DNA of 56,149 bases, the filler included, from Sphacelaria rigidula (Eukaryota): assembly GCA_964200075.2 (NCBI GenBank). It is 6 parts of 6 records of this genome, joined end to end, with 100 filler letters (N's around TTAATTAATTAA, not from the genome) between each part and the next. Parts side by side here need not be neighbours in the genome. Positions count along the whole stretch, not along the records: positions 9,377 to 18,652 come from CAXNAA020008856.1; positions 18,753 to 28,027 come from CAXNAA020008857.1; 4 more parts are not named here. One strand, written 5' to 3'. Below are positions 10,083 to 23,785 of this stretch, piece after piece. Each line of letters begins with the position of its first letter. The first letter of the stretch is position 1. The position numbers and the translations under genes are program-made. Below the pieces are notes generated by a model. It saw only the letters and a list, made by a program, of their open reading frames with translations, had not been told where the DNA came from and did not search any database.

Positions 10083-13000
10083 ACGTACCCAAGACAAAAC
10101 AAAACTGAAACACTCGCTGAAGAAAATGGAGAAGCAGAAAAAGTCGGACATAACGACATGGTAGACTGAGACGGGAAGAAAAAAAAAATGAAATAAATAA
10201 AAAGTAAAAAAAAAAAAAGCACACAAAAAAAAATTGCCCCTCTAACACAAAACAAAACAAGAACAAGTTAATATGTTGGGGAAATCGTAGGGTAAGTGGC
10301 CTCAAAGCCCGTACAGATGAAACCATTCCACCCACCACACGCCGTTCTCCCCTAGCTTTGGAGCTTGACAATACGCGAAGGAGTCCAAAGATATTCTCCG
10401 TCGGAGAAAGCTTTGTCGATTGATCGCCTGCACGTCAAGAGGGTGGCGATGCGGCAACGATGGCAGTCACACATTCTCGCGCGGGCCGCTTTTAAACAAG
10501 CGAAATTGGGCGAGGGCTTTGGTGCCTCACTCACGGGAGACGCTGAACCATATTGATTCCTGCCAATGCCTCACATGATAATGAGGCTGCGGCCCCCGGG
10601 TGAACCCCTTTTACAAAATAGTAAAAAAAAGTCGTCGAAGCTAAAAATCAGGAAACCTAAGTTCCTCGTCCGTGGTTTTCTAAATAACAGGTCGCTTTTT
10701 GTTGATGGTCGAATAATCGAGGGATTAACTTTCTGTACGGCTGTTGGAAATCCCAAATGGCTCGATATGGTTCTAACATTATCGTATGTATATATGTCTA
10801 ACAATGTCTTTTTCCAACCGTCGAATCGAATCGAAGACCATCAAAATCTTGAAGGGATGGTGTACATTTTTTTATACACAATTACACCGGATTTTGTCGC
10901 AGGCGGTGCGCTCATGTTTGTGCGCCCCTCTCGTTAATGTGTCAGCATCCATGGCGGGGTTCTGAAAGTGCTGGCTCGACCTTGTAAGTGCGTCTGTGGC
11001 GGATTCCGACTCTACCGATGCTCCTCCTTCGCGGCAGCTGCGATCTACTCTGTGTTGGCATGAAATACCGTAGCCCACCCTAAACTAGGGAAAGCTTGCA
11101 TTCAAAAGTGATTCGAAAACGCTACCAAGGCGCGTGCGGGTCACCTTATATCCGATATCCTGGATAAATACTTTTATGCGGTAAATTCGGCAGTAAATGT
11201 CAAGACAGACCTGCACCGCGCGTAACCGCGTACTCTGTACACTGCAATTCCATATTCCCCACTCCGGAGAGGTAACATGGCTCTTCAGTGCGGGTGGCGT
11301 GTAATACCAATATCGTTCTCTGTGGTGCTGTCTCTGGATTGGCGTGACTTACCCTACCTATTTTGGGGGGGTAACGTTCAACAGTTTCATCAGTCCCTAC
11401 TCTTTATTTAGAGGTGGACAGAGTCTGGACATGTTCGTTGCCTTTGACACACATTCGTTTGTTCTATTTTTTTCATATCTCCCCTTTATCGAGTTTTCCT
11501 GGACGAGCGTCTCCGTTCTGTTTGCCTTGGGTGTACGTCTATCTCATGGATAATGACCACACCTGGATCCCCCGGGGATGAGTCAACGTGCAACACTGAA
11601 ATCAATCGATCAACCAATCGAACCAAGTGGTCAACATCAACCAAATAATGACACATTATACGAGGGAAACGCACAGAAACACCAATGTAAGACACATATC
11701 ACCCCCCCCTCCCCTCCCGTTGCCCCATCTCGAAAGGGGTGCGTGGTCAATGGTCGAAGGACTAAGGCANNNNNNNNNNGGGCCAAACGCCCCGAAAAAA
11801 CAACAAAAAAAAGAAACAACAACCCCCCCCCCCCCCCCCCCCCCCCGCCCCGTGCACTACAAACAAATCCGACACACAGCCATGTGGAAATCGTCGTACC
11901 TGAAGTACCTACTTTCGTCGCCGACGTTTGTCTTCATTGTGATTCGTGTTCCGCCGGCGCATAGGCAGTATGGGGCTTACGCGCTGCCTTGCTCGTGTAC
12001 GTGCTGGGCGAGATCTTTTTCAGCTGGGCGTACGGGGTGATGACGAGGAATAACACCATCAACGTTAACCACTACACCGGCTCCCAGCCGTCCCTGCGCG
12101 ACAGGGCTTGGGTGGCGTACTGCCATTGGTGAGTGCTACGAGGACGAAAGTGATCGGGGTAAAAACGACTGTGTGCGAGACGATTTATGTCATCATGACC
12201 GTGGTGCCGGAAAATAATCGAACATAGGAGGTCTGTTTCAGCCATATCTATCCCCATTAGATATAAATATCTGCAACAAGAGCAGAAGAAGACGGACGCC
12301 AGTAGGAAAAAAAAACGAGGACATTGCCGGGTTTGCTGAAGCTACGGCAGAGTGTGCACAGTAAGAAAGTGTTCCTAAATCCGCGCTTAATGGCAGAAGG
12401 TGCGGAGGCAACAGCACGTAGTCCGTGTGTTTAACCCCGCAGGCCTGCAGTCGCAGTCTAGGACTGGCGTCCTTTGTATGCAAAGGCTGTAGTGCTGTGG
12501 TGCGTACATAAACAAGTGCATGGATTACCGATCACACACACACACACACACAACACCGCGGGCGTGGCCCTTCAAAACAGACCCGCACCACATAGCAGGG
12601 CCGAAGGTGAGCACAGTGCGCGCCATGACACATGGCCGGAGCTTCGGTGCATTGTCACAGGCTCTGCGCATGCACTTTTTCTCGGCATATTTACTGTATT
12701 TTTCGTTCTTCTGACGACCATCGTGCCAAGGGCTAAGTGGGAAAGCAACATACTCCATCCCTCGTGCTACTGAGCAGCTCCATTTAGCTTTGACCACGCC
12801 CATTTCCTGGACTGCCAGATGCCACATCTCGTTTTCCCGTTGCGTGCAAAGAGTCTGTCATATCCGGCGTTCTCTATCACGCGCAGCTGTCGCAATCGTC
12901 GGCAACCCCGCTCACACGAAAATGAATGATGTACAAGATCGCTTCGATTTGTTTCCGTCATTTGTAAAATGCGAATTGTTTATTTGTAAATAGTATTGGG

Positions 13001-14918
13001 GGACTAACCAAGTACACACGATGACGATGGAAGTACACATGATGACATGCGCCCAGCCATTACAGGTATCCTTCTTGGGGATGCGAGATCGATGGTCCAA
13101 GAGACTGCAGCGTTGAGCCGTCACATGAGATGTGGGAAGAAATTGCACCCACACGCAACCCCCACCCTGTGAAACAGGAAGGTTTTGTGATTCTACCACA
13201 ATCTGGATAATGACGATAAATTACACTGTCAGAAAGTGTACTGCGTACAGTATCCACTATGGCGTCTGTTGCAATAGACAATCGATTCCATACTGTACGC
13301 AGTACAGTTTTGACAAAACAATATTTAGCCATTATCCAGGGTGTGCATTCTACACACGGGGTAAGTTGACCCCTCGTGTTTCGAGTCATGTGGTCGGTGT
13401 GTCGATTGCAAGGACAGGTCGAGTATAGTATACTCAATTGCAGGGTACTGTAAAAGTCGCACTTCAAGCACAAAAATTGGGGGTAGGGTTTTAGGGATCG
13501 CTTTCCATTTGTTTTTTCGGATACGACTCCTAGCACTCTACCCTAATTCGAGTACCTCAAGTACGTCTTGCAAAATACCCCGCAAAATTGAGTATACTCC
13601 ACTCGACCTGCCCTTGGTCAAGTGTACGTCCCCCCGTACCCTACCGGTGAGTCGAGCGCGTGTCTCGACAACGTCGTACAGGGTGTCTCCGGAATTTGCT
13701 CAAAGTACAACGACTCGGATCTTACGCCTGATGAATAGATCGCAACTGGTCACATGTCCCTTCTCGGGTCCACACTTGTTTTCCCGAAACGCAACTTAAG
13801 TCGTCGATGGTAAATACTGTTATGAGCGCGCCTGACCCCCCAAACTGAGCCCAAAAAGTGTCACCGACCGAAAGCACGAACAGACCGGAGATGACGTTCA
13901 TCCTCCGACTATGCACGTCGCAAAATCCCTCAAAGTACTTGTGATTTGAGTAGGGTTTCCATTGCATGCTTTTGAAGTTTTCTTGTTCCGGAGGACGAAC
14001 CACGGCGTGGCTCGGCTACTCACCGGCGTGTATTTGTCCTAGGTACAATTTTACGGGTTGGTTTTACCTAAGACGTTACGGTGATCGAGAAAATCGCAAA
14101 AAAAACTATGTTTTTTTCACTTAATTCGTTATAAAACTCGCATCCTGATGAAATAAAAAAAATCAACCGGTATAACTGCAGCTGTCGTCTTGGCGCAGAT
14201 GATGCAAAAAGTCGCATCCCAATCGATGGCCGTGGCGATGAGTATTATCTGGAACAGATTGGGCTGTGATCGCAAACACGCACCCCCAACCCTCGCCGGT
14301 CTCGACAAAACGCGAAAACCTCACCCCTGTATAACGGCCTCGCAATAGATGACACCCATGAATGACCCGTGATAGTGCAGATGGTTGATACATCGGACGC
14401 GTGGAATGTTACAGAATTTGAACCTTGGACCTAGCCCCCAGAAGCAAGAATCGTCCTCGCGACCTCGCAGCAGCGGAGAGAACAAATTATAACACTGGCC
14501 CTAACGAAGGCATACCGAGAACCATCGGGCAAGGCGGGTGCAACGTGTTTCGCAGGCGAAGGGTGCGTTGCCAGCCCTCGAATCGGCGCCCCAGGCGCCG
14601 ATTTAGACAAGAACGCGTTCAGGGACGCTAGTAGAATGCTAGGAGCACAGCCTCCATGAAAGATCCGGATTTCGGTTTTCACACCAAGATCAAGATTGAC
14701 CGACTCACGCTCCCGAGTGGGAAAGTATACTGCGCCAAGACGGCACAAAGTCGTTGGCCCTCTTTCGCTGAAGCCACATGACACCGAAGCCCCAATCATG
14801 TCTTTCAGTGGACCAACCCATCCTAAAACACGCATCTGTTGTATCGGCAATGGTGGGTGATGGACGACCGTTTGTTTTCATTCCCTCTTGCAAAACAACA
14901 TCTTTGGAGTCCAATGAG

Positions 14919-15018
14919 CCCCTAGACCGTGAGGGTAGTCCATCTGGACCATGCATACTTTTTTCGGGTGGAAAATGATGCCGATTCAGCATGTGACCAA
15001 ACCGTCGCGGTCAAAGAG
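14919..15018 (+). mobile_element. About 100-bp piggyBac-like MITE nested in the TA element
   Basis: Same core (ggtagtccatctgga.catgcatactttt...gccgattca) and CCC.T.GACCG / CGGTCAAAG.G ends as 23617-23718. Confidence 0.65.
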
Positions 15019-15409
15019 TTGATCAATATCACATCCATCGAATGAAAAGTCATGCCCACGGAACAACAAATACACTGTGAAGCGCGAGTCATTCGTCCGA
15101 CAAAAGTTGTGGAATCATGGCAGCCGATAAATCAAGCTCGTCAAACCATGACGAGGTGGTGGACCAACACCCACCCAGCCCTCATTACACACCCGGTGAC
15201 CATTTGCACTCCACTCGTCTGTGTTAGGGCCGACCTCGCTGAAGTTCATCAGTACATATGGCTTTGTCGCATGTTGAGCACATCATGTTGACCCAACTTT
15301 GATCCGCCCAAAAATGGTTCAGCTTCCTGGTTTCACTTACCGGCGTTGGGCTACAAATGCTCATGGTTGATGTTACTTGATTGTAGTGCGTTCAACGAGA
15401 ATCGGAATT

Positions 15410-15575
15410 TTAGTAGGGCTGACGGTCCCGTGTACTCCGCGAGTGCGCACAACGCGTTTTCGTTGAAATCTGCGCCACAGAAGCCGATTTGGGGTCTACC
15501 AAGGCCTCACTTTCTTCAGGGAATGTATGTACCGCCCTTGCCCGAGTGTTCTCGGAGTGCGTTGGGTCGGTTCAA
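15410..15575 (-). repeat. Dispersed repeat, reverse complement of about 27780-27945
   Basis: Shared cgcgttttcgttgaaatc, ggggtctaccaaggcc and gtaccgcccttgcccgag. The 27.8-kb copy starts with ccctaaccctgacccc and runs into (TAC)n/(TAT)n. Confidence 0.7.
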
Positions 15576-17053
15576 CCCAATCAGCCTCCTTGCATACCAG
15601 GGTATCGAAAGCGTGGACAAAAGGTAACGCAGTGGCATGTAATATATGAGGAACAACGGAAATAACGGTAGGGTTCTGGTTTTAGACGCCAGTCCACTTT
15701 TTTTCGATATGAATTTTGGATCCATGCCATTCTCTTCCGATGACGTGAGGCGCATTTTACTCCACGAGCCTGGATAAGCCCTAGAAGTCGGTCTGTTCGT
15801 GTCTGTTCGTGATATTGGTCGGTGACACTTTTTTGCCCATTTTGGGGGGTCAGGCGCGCCCATAACAGTACAGGACAAACTACAGCAGTAGCTGCTGGTG
15901 TGTTTTTTTCTCGCAGCTTGGTGCCCTCCCTGACTTTCGGCCGACCTGCTGCCTCCCGCCTGACACGATAGACGCTGCGTTTACAAACGTTTTCCATCAA
16001 CACACTCCCGAAACGCACGCGAAAGCAGCCACCCGCATCGCGCAAGGTGTGGCAGCATAGCGAGGGAAAGGGCCACGGTCATGTGCCTACAGCGCGTTGG
16101 AGGCAAACGCTCAAACGCACTTCCTTGCACACGGCGAGTCGCGTCTTGGTGTCACCACAACAGCCATGCCCGTAGGGCCGAAGCTCCTGAGAGCAGGGCG
16201 GCGCGTGGACTGCGCCAAGTTGATTAGGGGTTTTAGTGGGAGCACCCCCCACACTGCCTTGAGCCACCGGTCGAGGCGCATTCCCCACATGACTCCCGCG
16301 AGGTGGTCCGGCCGAGCCGTCGGGTAATCGGCGCATAAACTCGCTTGCGAAATCCGCTTGCGGGGTCAAGTGTTGGGTTGGGTTTCTTGCTTCCGTCAAG
16401 GAAAACAAAACAGAAACAGCCATGCCATGCCATGCCATGTCATGTCATGACGTGGTACAGAAAGCAGAACACGACGAAACCGCCGCAGCGGATGACGAAT
16501 AGCTTAGGGGATAATTTTCCAAAAAGTTGTCGCATCTTGTCTCCGATACTCTTGTGACCACTTAGCACGTGTTGTGACAAGACGGTGTTCCGACCTCCCG
16601 GGGTGCAGCGGTCAGGCCACCCTAGGACCCAAGTGAGGGGGTCCGGTGCTCCGCTCAAGGGATCAAGGTTTTTGTGCAAACCAGCTTATTAATTGCAACA
16701 ACACAAACCTGTTCATTGTTCTTGATTGTGTGTGTGTGTTTTTTTCCTGCTCGTCCTTCAGTCTCCCTTCTTCAAGCCCACTCTTGTCTGTTATTACTAT
16801 GTTTTTTGTTCCCTCTGTCATTTTTTCCCCCGCTTTTTTTTCGAGTTTCCCTGAACGAGTTTTTTTTTCGGTTCATCTCGGAAACGTCCAACTTGAGATC
16901 CATTCAATACTGTCTTCATAGAGGATCAGATAGTGTGCAACAATTAGCAAAATCAATTTATCGACCGGTCAACCAACCAATAAATCACGCATTCACTGAA
17001 TCAATCGATGGTGACTAGCGCTGCCGTTCCGGCGGTCCACACATACCCCAGGC

Positions 17054-17610
17054 ACTCCGACAATACTCGATGCTTGCGGCAGTCAAGACCCTAGGCACCC
17101 TGGAATACTCGATGATTTCGACGTCCAACACCCCGGCTACCCTGGAATACTCGTTAATATCGGCAGGCAACACCCTGGGAACCCTGGAATACTCGATTAT
17201 TTAGGCGGCCAACATCCCGAATACCCTGAATTTTTACGTGGTTTCGGCGACCGACAGCCTGGGGACCCTGAAACACACGGTGATTTTGGCGGACAACTCG
17301 TATCACCCTGGAATACTCGGTAATTTCGGTAGTCGACACCTTGGTCACCCTGGAACATTCGGTAGTTTCGGCGGCTGACACCCTGGGAACCCTGAAACAT
17401 TCGATGATTCGGCAGTCAACACCCTGCGCACCCCGGAATACTCGGTGATTTCGGCGGCCGATACCTTGGTGCACTGGAATACTCCGAACTCTAGACAATC
17501 AGCACCCCGACAACCCTCGAATACTGGGTAATATCGTTGGCAAACACCCTCGGTACCCTGGAATACTCGGCATTTTCGGCAGTCGAAACCCTCGAAACAC
17601 TGAGGTACCG
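17054..17610 (+). repeat. Degenerate 42-bp tandem array (about 13 units)
   Basis: accctggaatactcg-type unit starts at 17097, 17139, 17181 and 17223; approximate consensus accctggaatactcggtgatttcggcggccgacaccctggga. Confidence 0.9.
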
Positions 17611-17930
17611 AGTGCTGATGATACCCAGGGCGTTCCTCCATAGTTCGACCGCACAAGAATCAAAAACGGTAAATCATTCATGACGTCTAGAACCAGTGCG
17701 GAATACGGCAAGGTGGTGGCGTCAAGATAAACGTCCCAGCCTGTGGGGAACGATTTCGCGTGGTCGAATTTCAAGAATTTCTAGCGAAGAGTGAGATGTG
17801 CCCACCTTATTTTTGTGCAGTAAACGAGCTTATGATATGCCGAAGCGAATCGTGATAAGAGGCCAAAAACCGGGGAGAGGGGGAAGCCAACATACTGCTG
17901 TCCTGGCGAACTTTGCCTTTGCCATGGTGG

Positions 17931-17942
17931 GTAGTGGTAGAG

Positions 17943-18010
<68 letters not shown>

Positions 18011-18046
18011 GGTGGTAGAAGTAGAAGTAGCAGTAGTAGTAGCAGT
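17931..18046. repeat. (AGT)n/(GGT)n microsatellite
   Basis: Seen directly. Confidence 0.95.
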
Positions 18047-18199
18047 AAAAAACGATACAATTTGCTCGAACGGGCCGATGGCGCACGTGACGTACAACAT
18101 GAGGACACAATTATTCGCGGTCAAATACCGAGAAAACGCCTGGAAACACGTTGCAGGGTGCCCGGGGTGCGATGACGTACTCTCTCCATGAATAATCCT

Positions 18200-18652
18200 T
18201 GTCACGCTTTGCGTGGCTGGGGAAATTCGAAAGTACTCACTAGGAGAATATGGAGAGGCCCACGTGGGAGCATGAGGAGGACATGAAACAATATGGTCGG
18301 GTAATTTTGACGTACTGGATGGGGAATCCTAAAATGGAGAAGTCAGACAACTCTAAGTACCGAAAATATCGTATCAATTTGGCAAGACGAGCAGAGGCTA
18401 GGGAACGCGGAGAAATATTTGTGGCTCAAGGCTATGAGTTGAGAAGCAATGTCACTGCTGATCGTCATGTTCATGACCCGCAGATAGCCGGTTGTTATAT
18501 CTACTATCGCATGCAGACGACAGGGTGGCTTTTAGCTCAAGTGATGGGCCTTCAGGAGGATACGGCGTTACAAAGACGCCCGCACACCTTGAGGATGCTA
18601 GATCTCGGAAGGAGGTACATGGACCATTGTACCTCCTTCCGAGATCTAGCAT
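18200..18652 (+). mobile_element. Gypsy-type (chromovirus-like) integrase C-terminal relic
   Basis: RPTWEHEEDM matches the chromodomain (S/T)WE motif. ILTYWMGNP...YRKYRI...RGEIFVAQGY...IYYR...GWLLAQV resembles, from memory, the Pol C-terminal extension of brown-algal Gypsy elements. Cut by the scaffold end. Confidence 0.65.
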
Positions 18653-18811
18653 NNNNNNNNNNNNNNNNNNNNNNNNNNNNNNNNNNNNNNNNNNNNTTAA
18701 TTAATTAANNNNNNNNNNNNNNNNNNNNNNNNNNNNNNNNNNNNNNNNNNNNAATTATAATAATGATGATAATAATAATAATAATGATAATAATAATGAT
18801 AATCCGGGGCC

Positions 18812-19431
18812 TTGATCCTCAGACTCCGCGGGTAGTCCATCTGGATCATGCATGCTTTTTCCGAATGAATTCGATGCCGATTCAACTGATGACCTACCCT
18901 CGACCCCTTGACCCCTTGACCGCGAGGATAGGCCATCTGGGCCATGCTTAAATTTTTTTCAAGTGACTTCGGTACCGATTCAACAGATGACCAATGCTTG
19001 CCATCAAAGGGTTATCTGAAGTGTGCATAACGACCTCTCCCCAGCACACGGTTGACTTGTGGCTGTTTGTGGCTTGGAGGCGGTTGTTTGTCGCTTAGAC
19101 TACTTGCCGGTGGGATTGCTGCGGGCTGGGCCGTTGCTGGAGTGTCACCGCTGGCCATTGGATAGTGACTGATGTTCATGCCACCGCTGGGTGCCACTGC
19201 TGACCGTTAAGCAGTGAGTGATGTTCATGTTATCTCTGGAGTGCCCCTGCTGGCCGTTGGGCAGTCAGTGATGTTATTAATTTGAAGTGTGCATGACCCA
19301 GATGGACTACCCTCCTCGCGGCCTACGGGTTAACCCTTCGACGGCGAGAGTAGGTCATCCATTGAATTGGCATCAATTTCGCTTGAAAAAAGCATGCGTG
19401 ATCGAGATGGACTTCCCTCGTGGCCAAGGGG
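18812..19431. mobile_element. Cluster of about 100-bp piggyBac-like MITEs (18912-19011; inverted copy 19334-19431; adjacent partial copies)
   Basis: Same core as 23617-23718; flanks TTGA/TTAT and TTAA. Confidence 0.65.
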
Positions 19432-20699
19432 TCCAGCGAACGCAGTACTCAAATAATGCTGATTGTACTGTAGCATATTACAGTGCATCACGAGCAGAGC
19501 CAGCAAATAGTGTCTCTGTCAGCAGTAATCGGGGGACGCGGTGCTCAATTCACGTGCTGAAGATTTTACACAATATTTTAATCATTGATACGCGCAACAT
19601 CTCCGGGGATACCAAGAAAAGAGAAGATAAACGTGGAGCGTTTTGAAATCCCAGCAAAAAAAGTGGAAATGTCACAACTCCGTGGGAAAAACAAAAAACG
19701 GCGGCGTCCCCCGTCACAAATTTTGTACTTGCGCGCAGAATATCCTGGTGAGATTTCGGCTCAAAACTCCCGAAGTGAGCCAAGCGTGGAATGTCTCGAA
19801 TGACATCGCTACGACCCTCTTATCTAAGTGATGCAGGAAACCCCGTTATGGGGGTCACGAGTTCGACTCCCGACATATCCTCCTTTTTCGCACAATCTCG
19901 TTCCGTCATTGAGTTCATATATTTTGCACTACCTTGTTTTTTTCCTCTATTAATAGCGACCATTGATGACTATGGCAGGCATGATCATGAGTATTAATAG
20001 CGACATTGAGTGTGAGGGTCCATAGATCTGCGCTCCTAGCTTGGGCATAACGCGCTTTTGTCTAAAACATGAGGTCTGTCTGGCAGCACACTATTTGGCT
20101 AGCAAACACTTTGCACCGATTGACAAGGGACAACAGAACCTGCCGGCAGAGTAGAACCGGTTCCACAGGAGATTTGTGCAGACCCGCCGGTCCAAGCAGC
20201 AACATTGTTCAATCCGCCTGGACACAAGAGAGCGGGTAGATAGCGCACGCCACGGCACGCACACCCCCAACATCACAGCTTACACGCACACACACACAGA
20301 CGAAGCACCGCTAGCGGCAAAAGCCAAGAGATCATACAGCGGAAAGACAAGGTTCATCGCTCCTGTTCGACGAACGCACGCAAGAGAAATATTGAGCCGA
20401 GTATCCTCCTTAGAGGGGGGTGGGTGAGTGGGGGGCGTACTCATTTGTTGCTTGCCTTAGTCGTTTGACCATTGACCACGCATCCCTTTCGAGACGGAGG
20501 AGGAAATCAATTTGAAAACCAAATGACTCTTGGTATGATTTTCACACCCACTATAAGGCCGGAGCGTGTTCGTTTCTCTACGCGTGGTATCTGCTTCGAA
20601 CCCGAATGCACCCACCGGATTGTAACCGTTTCCAGGGTACGTCCCGTCCCCAGCGGAAAAAATCGGGGAATGACCTATTTCTGCAGGATTTGAGTGTAT

Positions 20700-21075
20700 G
20701 TTTGAGAAGCACTTTAAGAGCAGGTCGAGTTGAGTATACCCAATACTCGGTATTTTTGAAAAGTCATATTCTTCGCACCCAAATTTGGGTAGATAATTGA
20801 AATCGTACCCAAAATACCAAAAATTTCGGTAGAGTATTTTTGATCATACGTAGGTTTCGCTGAGAGTGCTTACCCAATATTTGGGTAGTGTACTTGAGGG
20901 CGTACCTAATCTATACCCCAAAAATAGGTACAGTATTTGACGCCGTACTCAACCTGCCCAAAATTTGGGTACAGTAGTTGAGCTCGTACCCAACCTGCCC
21001 AAAACGCAGGTATTATTGCTGAGAGTGCTCACGCAATATTTGGGCAGGGTGTTTGAGGCCGCACCCAATCTGTGT
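20700..21075. repeat. Array of short tacccaa...ttgggta motifs, probably TE subterminal; a similar tract lies near 32000-32160
   Basis: Repeated cccaaaatttgggta and gagagtgct.ac.caatatttggg. Confidence 0.55.
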
Positions 21076-21142
21076 CACGTCGGATGTATCTTGCCATGAT
21101 ATCCAGCGAAGACATACAGCACATATACTGACTCTGCACTTA

Positions 21143-21859
21143 CGTAACCACGACGAAAGAAGAAAGTAAGCATGACCGTTAGTGATGCTAAACGGAGGGG
21201 AGGGAGGGAAGGGGGGGGAGTGTTAGCCCCCGTAAAGTGTCCAGGCTGTCGACGACACCTCACCGACCGTATACCACTCTTGACGGAGGATCCTGAGAAA
21301 TGGGGTTGAACATTAAAATGACGTTCAAGTTCAGAAGAGTGTTTTCCTGACCTCAAGTAGTGACATAGGACTTTCAGATATGGACGATCTCATCCCCCCC
21401 GATCTCCCCCCCGATCTCCCTGAAACTATTTTGGGAGGTTTCTAGCCTTCCGTCCCCGCAGAGGGTGTGTGCGAAAACGCATTTTTGCTTCGATTTCGGG
21501 GTGAAAAACGGGACGCCTTTTAGCCCGATAATGATTTTTTCGCACATGGTCACACCCTGTGGGGGAACGGAAGCCTGGAAACCCCCCAAAATAGTTCCAG
21601 GGAGATCGGGGAAGGGGGGGTTAGGTCGTCCATATGAAAGTCACATGTCATTACTTTAGGTCGTGAAAGCATTGTTCTGAAGTTGAACCTCATTTTGATG
21701 TTCAACCTCATTCCTCAGGATCCTCCGTTAAAAGTGCGGTCTTTGTGCGGTGAGGTGTCGTCGAACAGCCCGGACACTTTTCGGGGACTAATCCCCCCCC
21801 CCCCCTCCGTACAGCATTCCTATCGGCCATGCTTACTTTCTTCTTGCGTAATTGTTACG
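21143..21859. mobile_element. Foldback element with imperfect TIRs of about 250 bp and TA flanks
   Basis: 21141-21390 is the reverse complement of about 21622-21861 (agaagaaagtaagcatg / catgcttactttcttct; acggaggatcctgag / ctcaggatcctccgt). Related fragments near 5045-5110 and 22175-22240. Confidence 0.8.
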
Positions 21860-23616
21860 TAGTTATCTGCTGAGATTTCTCTTTCGACGTTTTCTCCCCA
21901 GTTCCCTCCGTCTGTGCCCATTCTCCATTTGCTTTAATTCATTTTATTGAGGGCGGCGGGTTGTAACCTTCTTCACGGCACGTCCCGTGCTCAGCAAAAC
22001 AAAATCGGAAAAATACTTTTTTCGCGGGAGTAGAGCTTTAAAAGCACTTGTGAAAAAAGTTAAATCGTGGAGGTGCATGTGGCATCTGAATACGGAGGGC
22101 GTATTTTAACGCACGATTTCTCCGTGTCAAGGATGTAGTTTGAGTCAAACGTATCCAAAGGAAGGACGAAACATGGTCTATGGTCGATAAGATGTCCTCG
22201 AACAGCCTGGACATTTTTCGGAGTTAAGCACCCCTCCGACTAGCACCTTTTCTTGGGGCTGAAAGTCCTCATCTGCCAACACTCATAATTACGGTTGACG
22301 TCAGGGTCGCTTTTTGCTCTCGGCCATTTTTGTTCAAAACCTCCAGGCGTGCGAGACCCGTGGTGTTGATACCTGCTGCGGCACTGCTGCCACGCGCGTG
22401 AGCCGTGGCTCACCATTAGTACCGTATTAATCGTCTGATCAAGGTGCCCATTTGCTCAAAAGTCTGGGCCAATATTTTCTCGTTGATTAAACTTCATGTC
22501 TAGTAATTCTTATAACGTACAAAGATAGCGTCAATACCAACACCTATATGAAACTCCGAACGATACATTCGGCAGATGACGACGATTTTTGGTGCGGACA
22601 TTCCCTGGAGAACGGGGAGACGATAGAGACCCTCACCTTCACCTACTCCCATATCTATCTCGAGAATTGGCGCACATGACGTCCTACACTAAAATCAATA
22701 TATTATGAGCATAGGTACTAGATGAACTGAATCTGAAACTCGCGTCTCAGTTTTCGAGAGTTGTGCTATGAAATTTTGTACGCAGAACCACTGGCGCATA
22801 ATAAAATGAAGAGAACAATGGCCTCGAAAAGGTATACTTTCTCGTTTTTTGCCCAAGAAAGGTACGAAAAATGGCCAGAAACGCGAAAACAGCAAAACAC
22901 GCTATATTGAACGTTTTCGCTCCGAATGTTTCACGCACATCGTCCGGGGGGGACATTGGCACCCGCGCCTTAAAAAAACGAGGGAAAACATGTTACTCGA
23001 GAGATATGGCTACGCGAAAACGGACGTTTCGCCTCCAGAAACCGCTTACCTTTTGTAGGCCAGGTTTCGCCGAGGGATACCTGATTAAGGAATTCTTTTT
23101 TAATCGTACCTTATCTGCGCTACCGATCGACCGAGAACGTACCTGTGCTAGGCCATCGCTCTCTGCACTGTACCTGATGCGGCACATCGCGCGCAAGGGA
23201 GTCTATGCGCCAACTTCAACCATGGCGCCCACACATTCGGCTCTTTTCCCGCTCATCTGCCGTTCATGGACGCCACGATGACGCCGCCCCTTTCCCCCCG
23301 GAAATGGTTCCCGAGTCTCTGCGCATCGACACAATGACTTGACTCACAACTCACAGCGCGTCGGTCTTCTGTGATCCCGGAGTTTATTGTGAAACGCCGT
23401 ACCGTTGCGATCTCGGGGCTGGTATCAGGGTCAAGCTAGGTTCTTCCGTCACTAACGGGCGGTTGTCGGATCATCGGCGGTTGGTTCAAGCAACGGATAC
23501 CTATAGCACTGGCCGACACGCGTATAGAAATAGGAACAGAACAGTAATAGCGTTCAGCACTACAGTACAGAGTAACGTGCGCCCAACGAGAACACTCGCG
23601 AAACGAGGCTAGTTAA

Positions 23617-23718
23617 CCCTTTGACCGCGGTGCGGGTAGTCCATCTGGATCATGCATACTTTTTGCAAGTTGATACTGATGCCGATTCAGCAGGTGAGCT
23701 GCCCTCGCGGTCAAAGGG
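23617..23718 (+). mobile_element. 102-bp piggyBac-like MITE
   Basis: TTAA|ccctttgaccgcg ... cgcggtcaaaggg|ATAA: a perfect 13-bp TIR with CCC...GGG ends. Confidence 0.8.
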
Positions 23719-23785
23719 ATAACCCTCCGATGGTGAGAAAAAGAGGTCATGTTTTGAATCGGCATCGATTTCACTGGGGAAAGTA

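Larger units (their letters stand above)
13817..15868. mobile_element. 2.05-kb non-autonomous DNA transposon, TIRs about 70 bp, TA flanks (Tc1/mariner-like)
   Basis: TA|ctgttatgagcgcgcctgaccccccaaa...aagtgtcaccgacc mirrored by ggtcggtgacactt...ttggggggtcaggcgcgcccataacag|TA. No transposase recognised. Confidence 0.8.

Noticed and set aside
17054..17610. CRISPR-like array
   Set aside because: The intervening segments are homologous to each other rather than unique spacers, the repeats are degenerate, there are no cas genes, and the context is eukaryotic.
18595..18652. Hairpin with perfect 25-bp arms
   Set aside because: It ends exactly at the scaffold end; most likely a library or assembly fold-back artefact.
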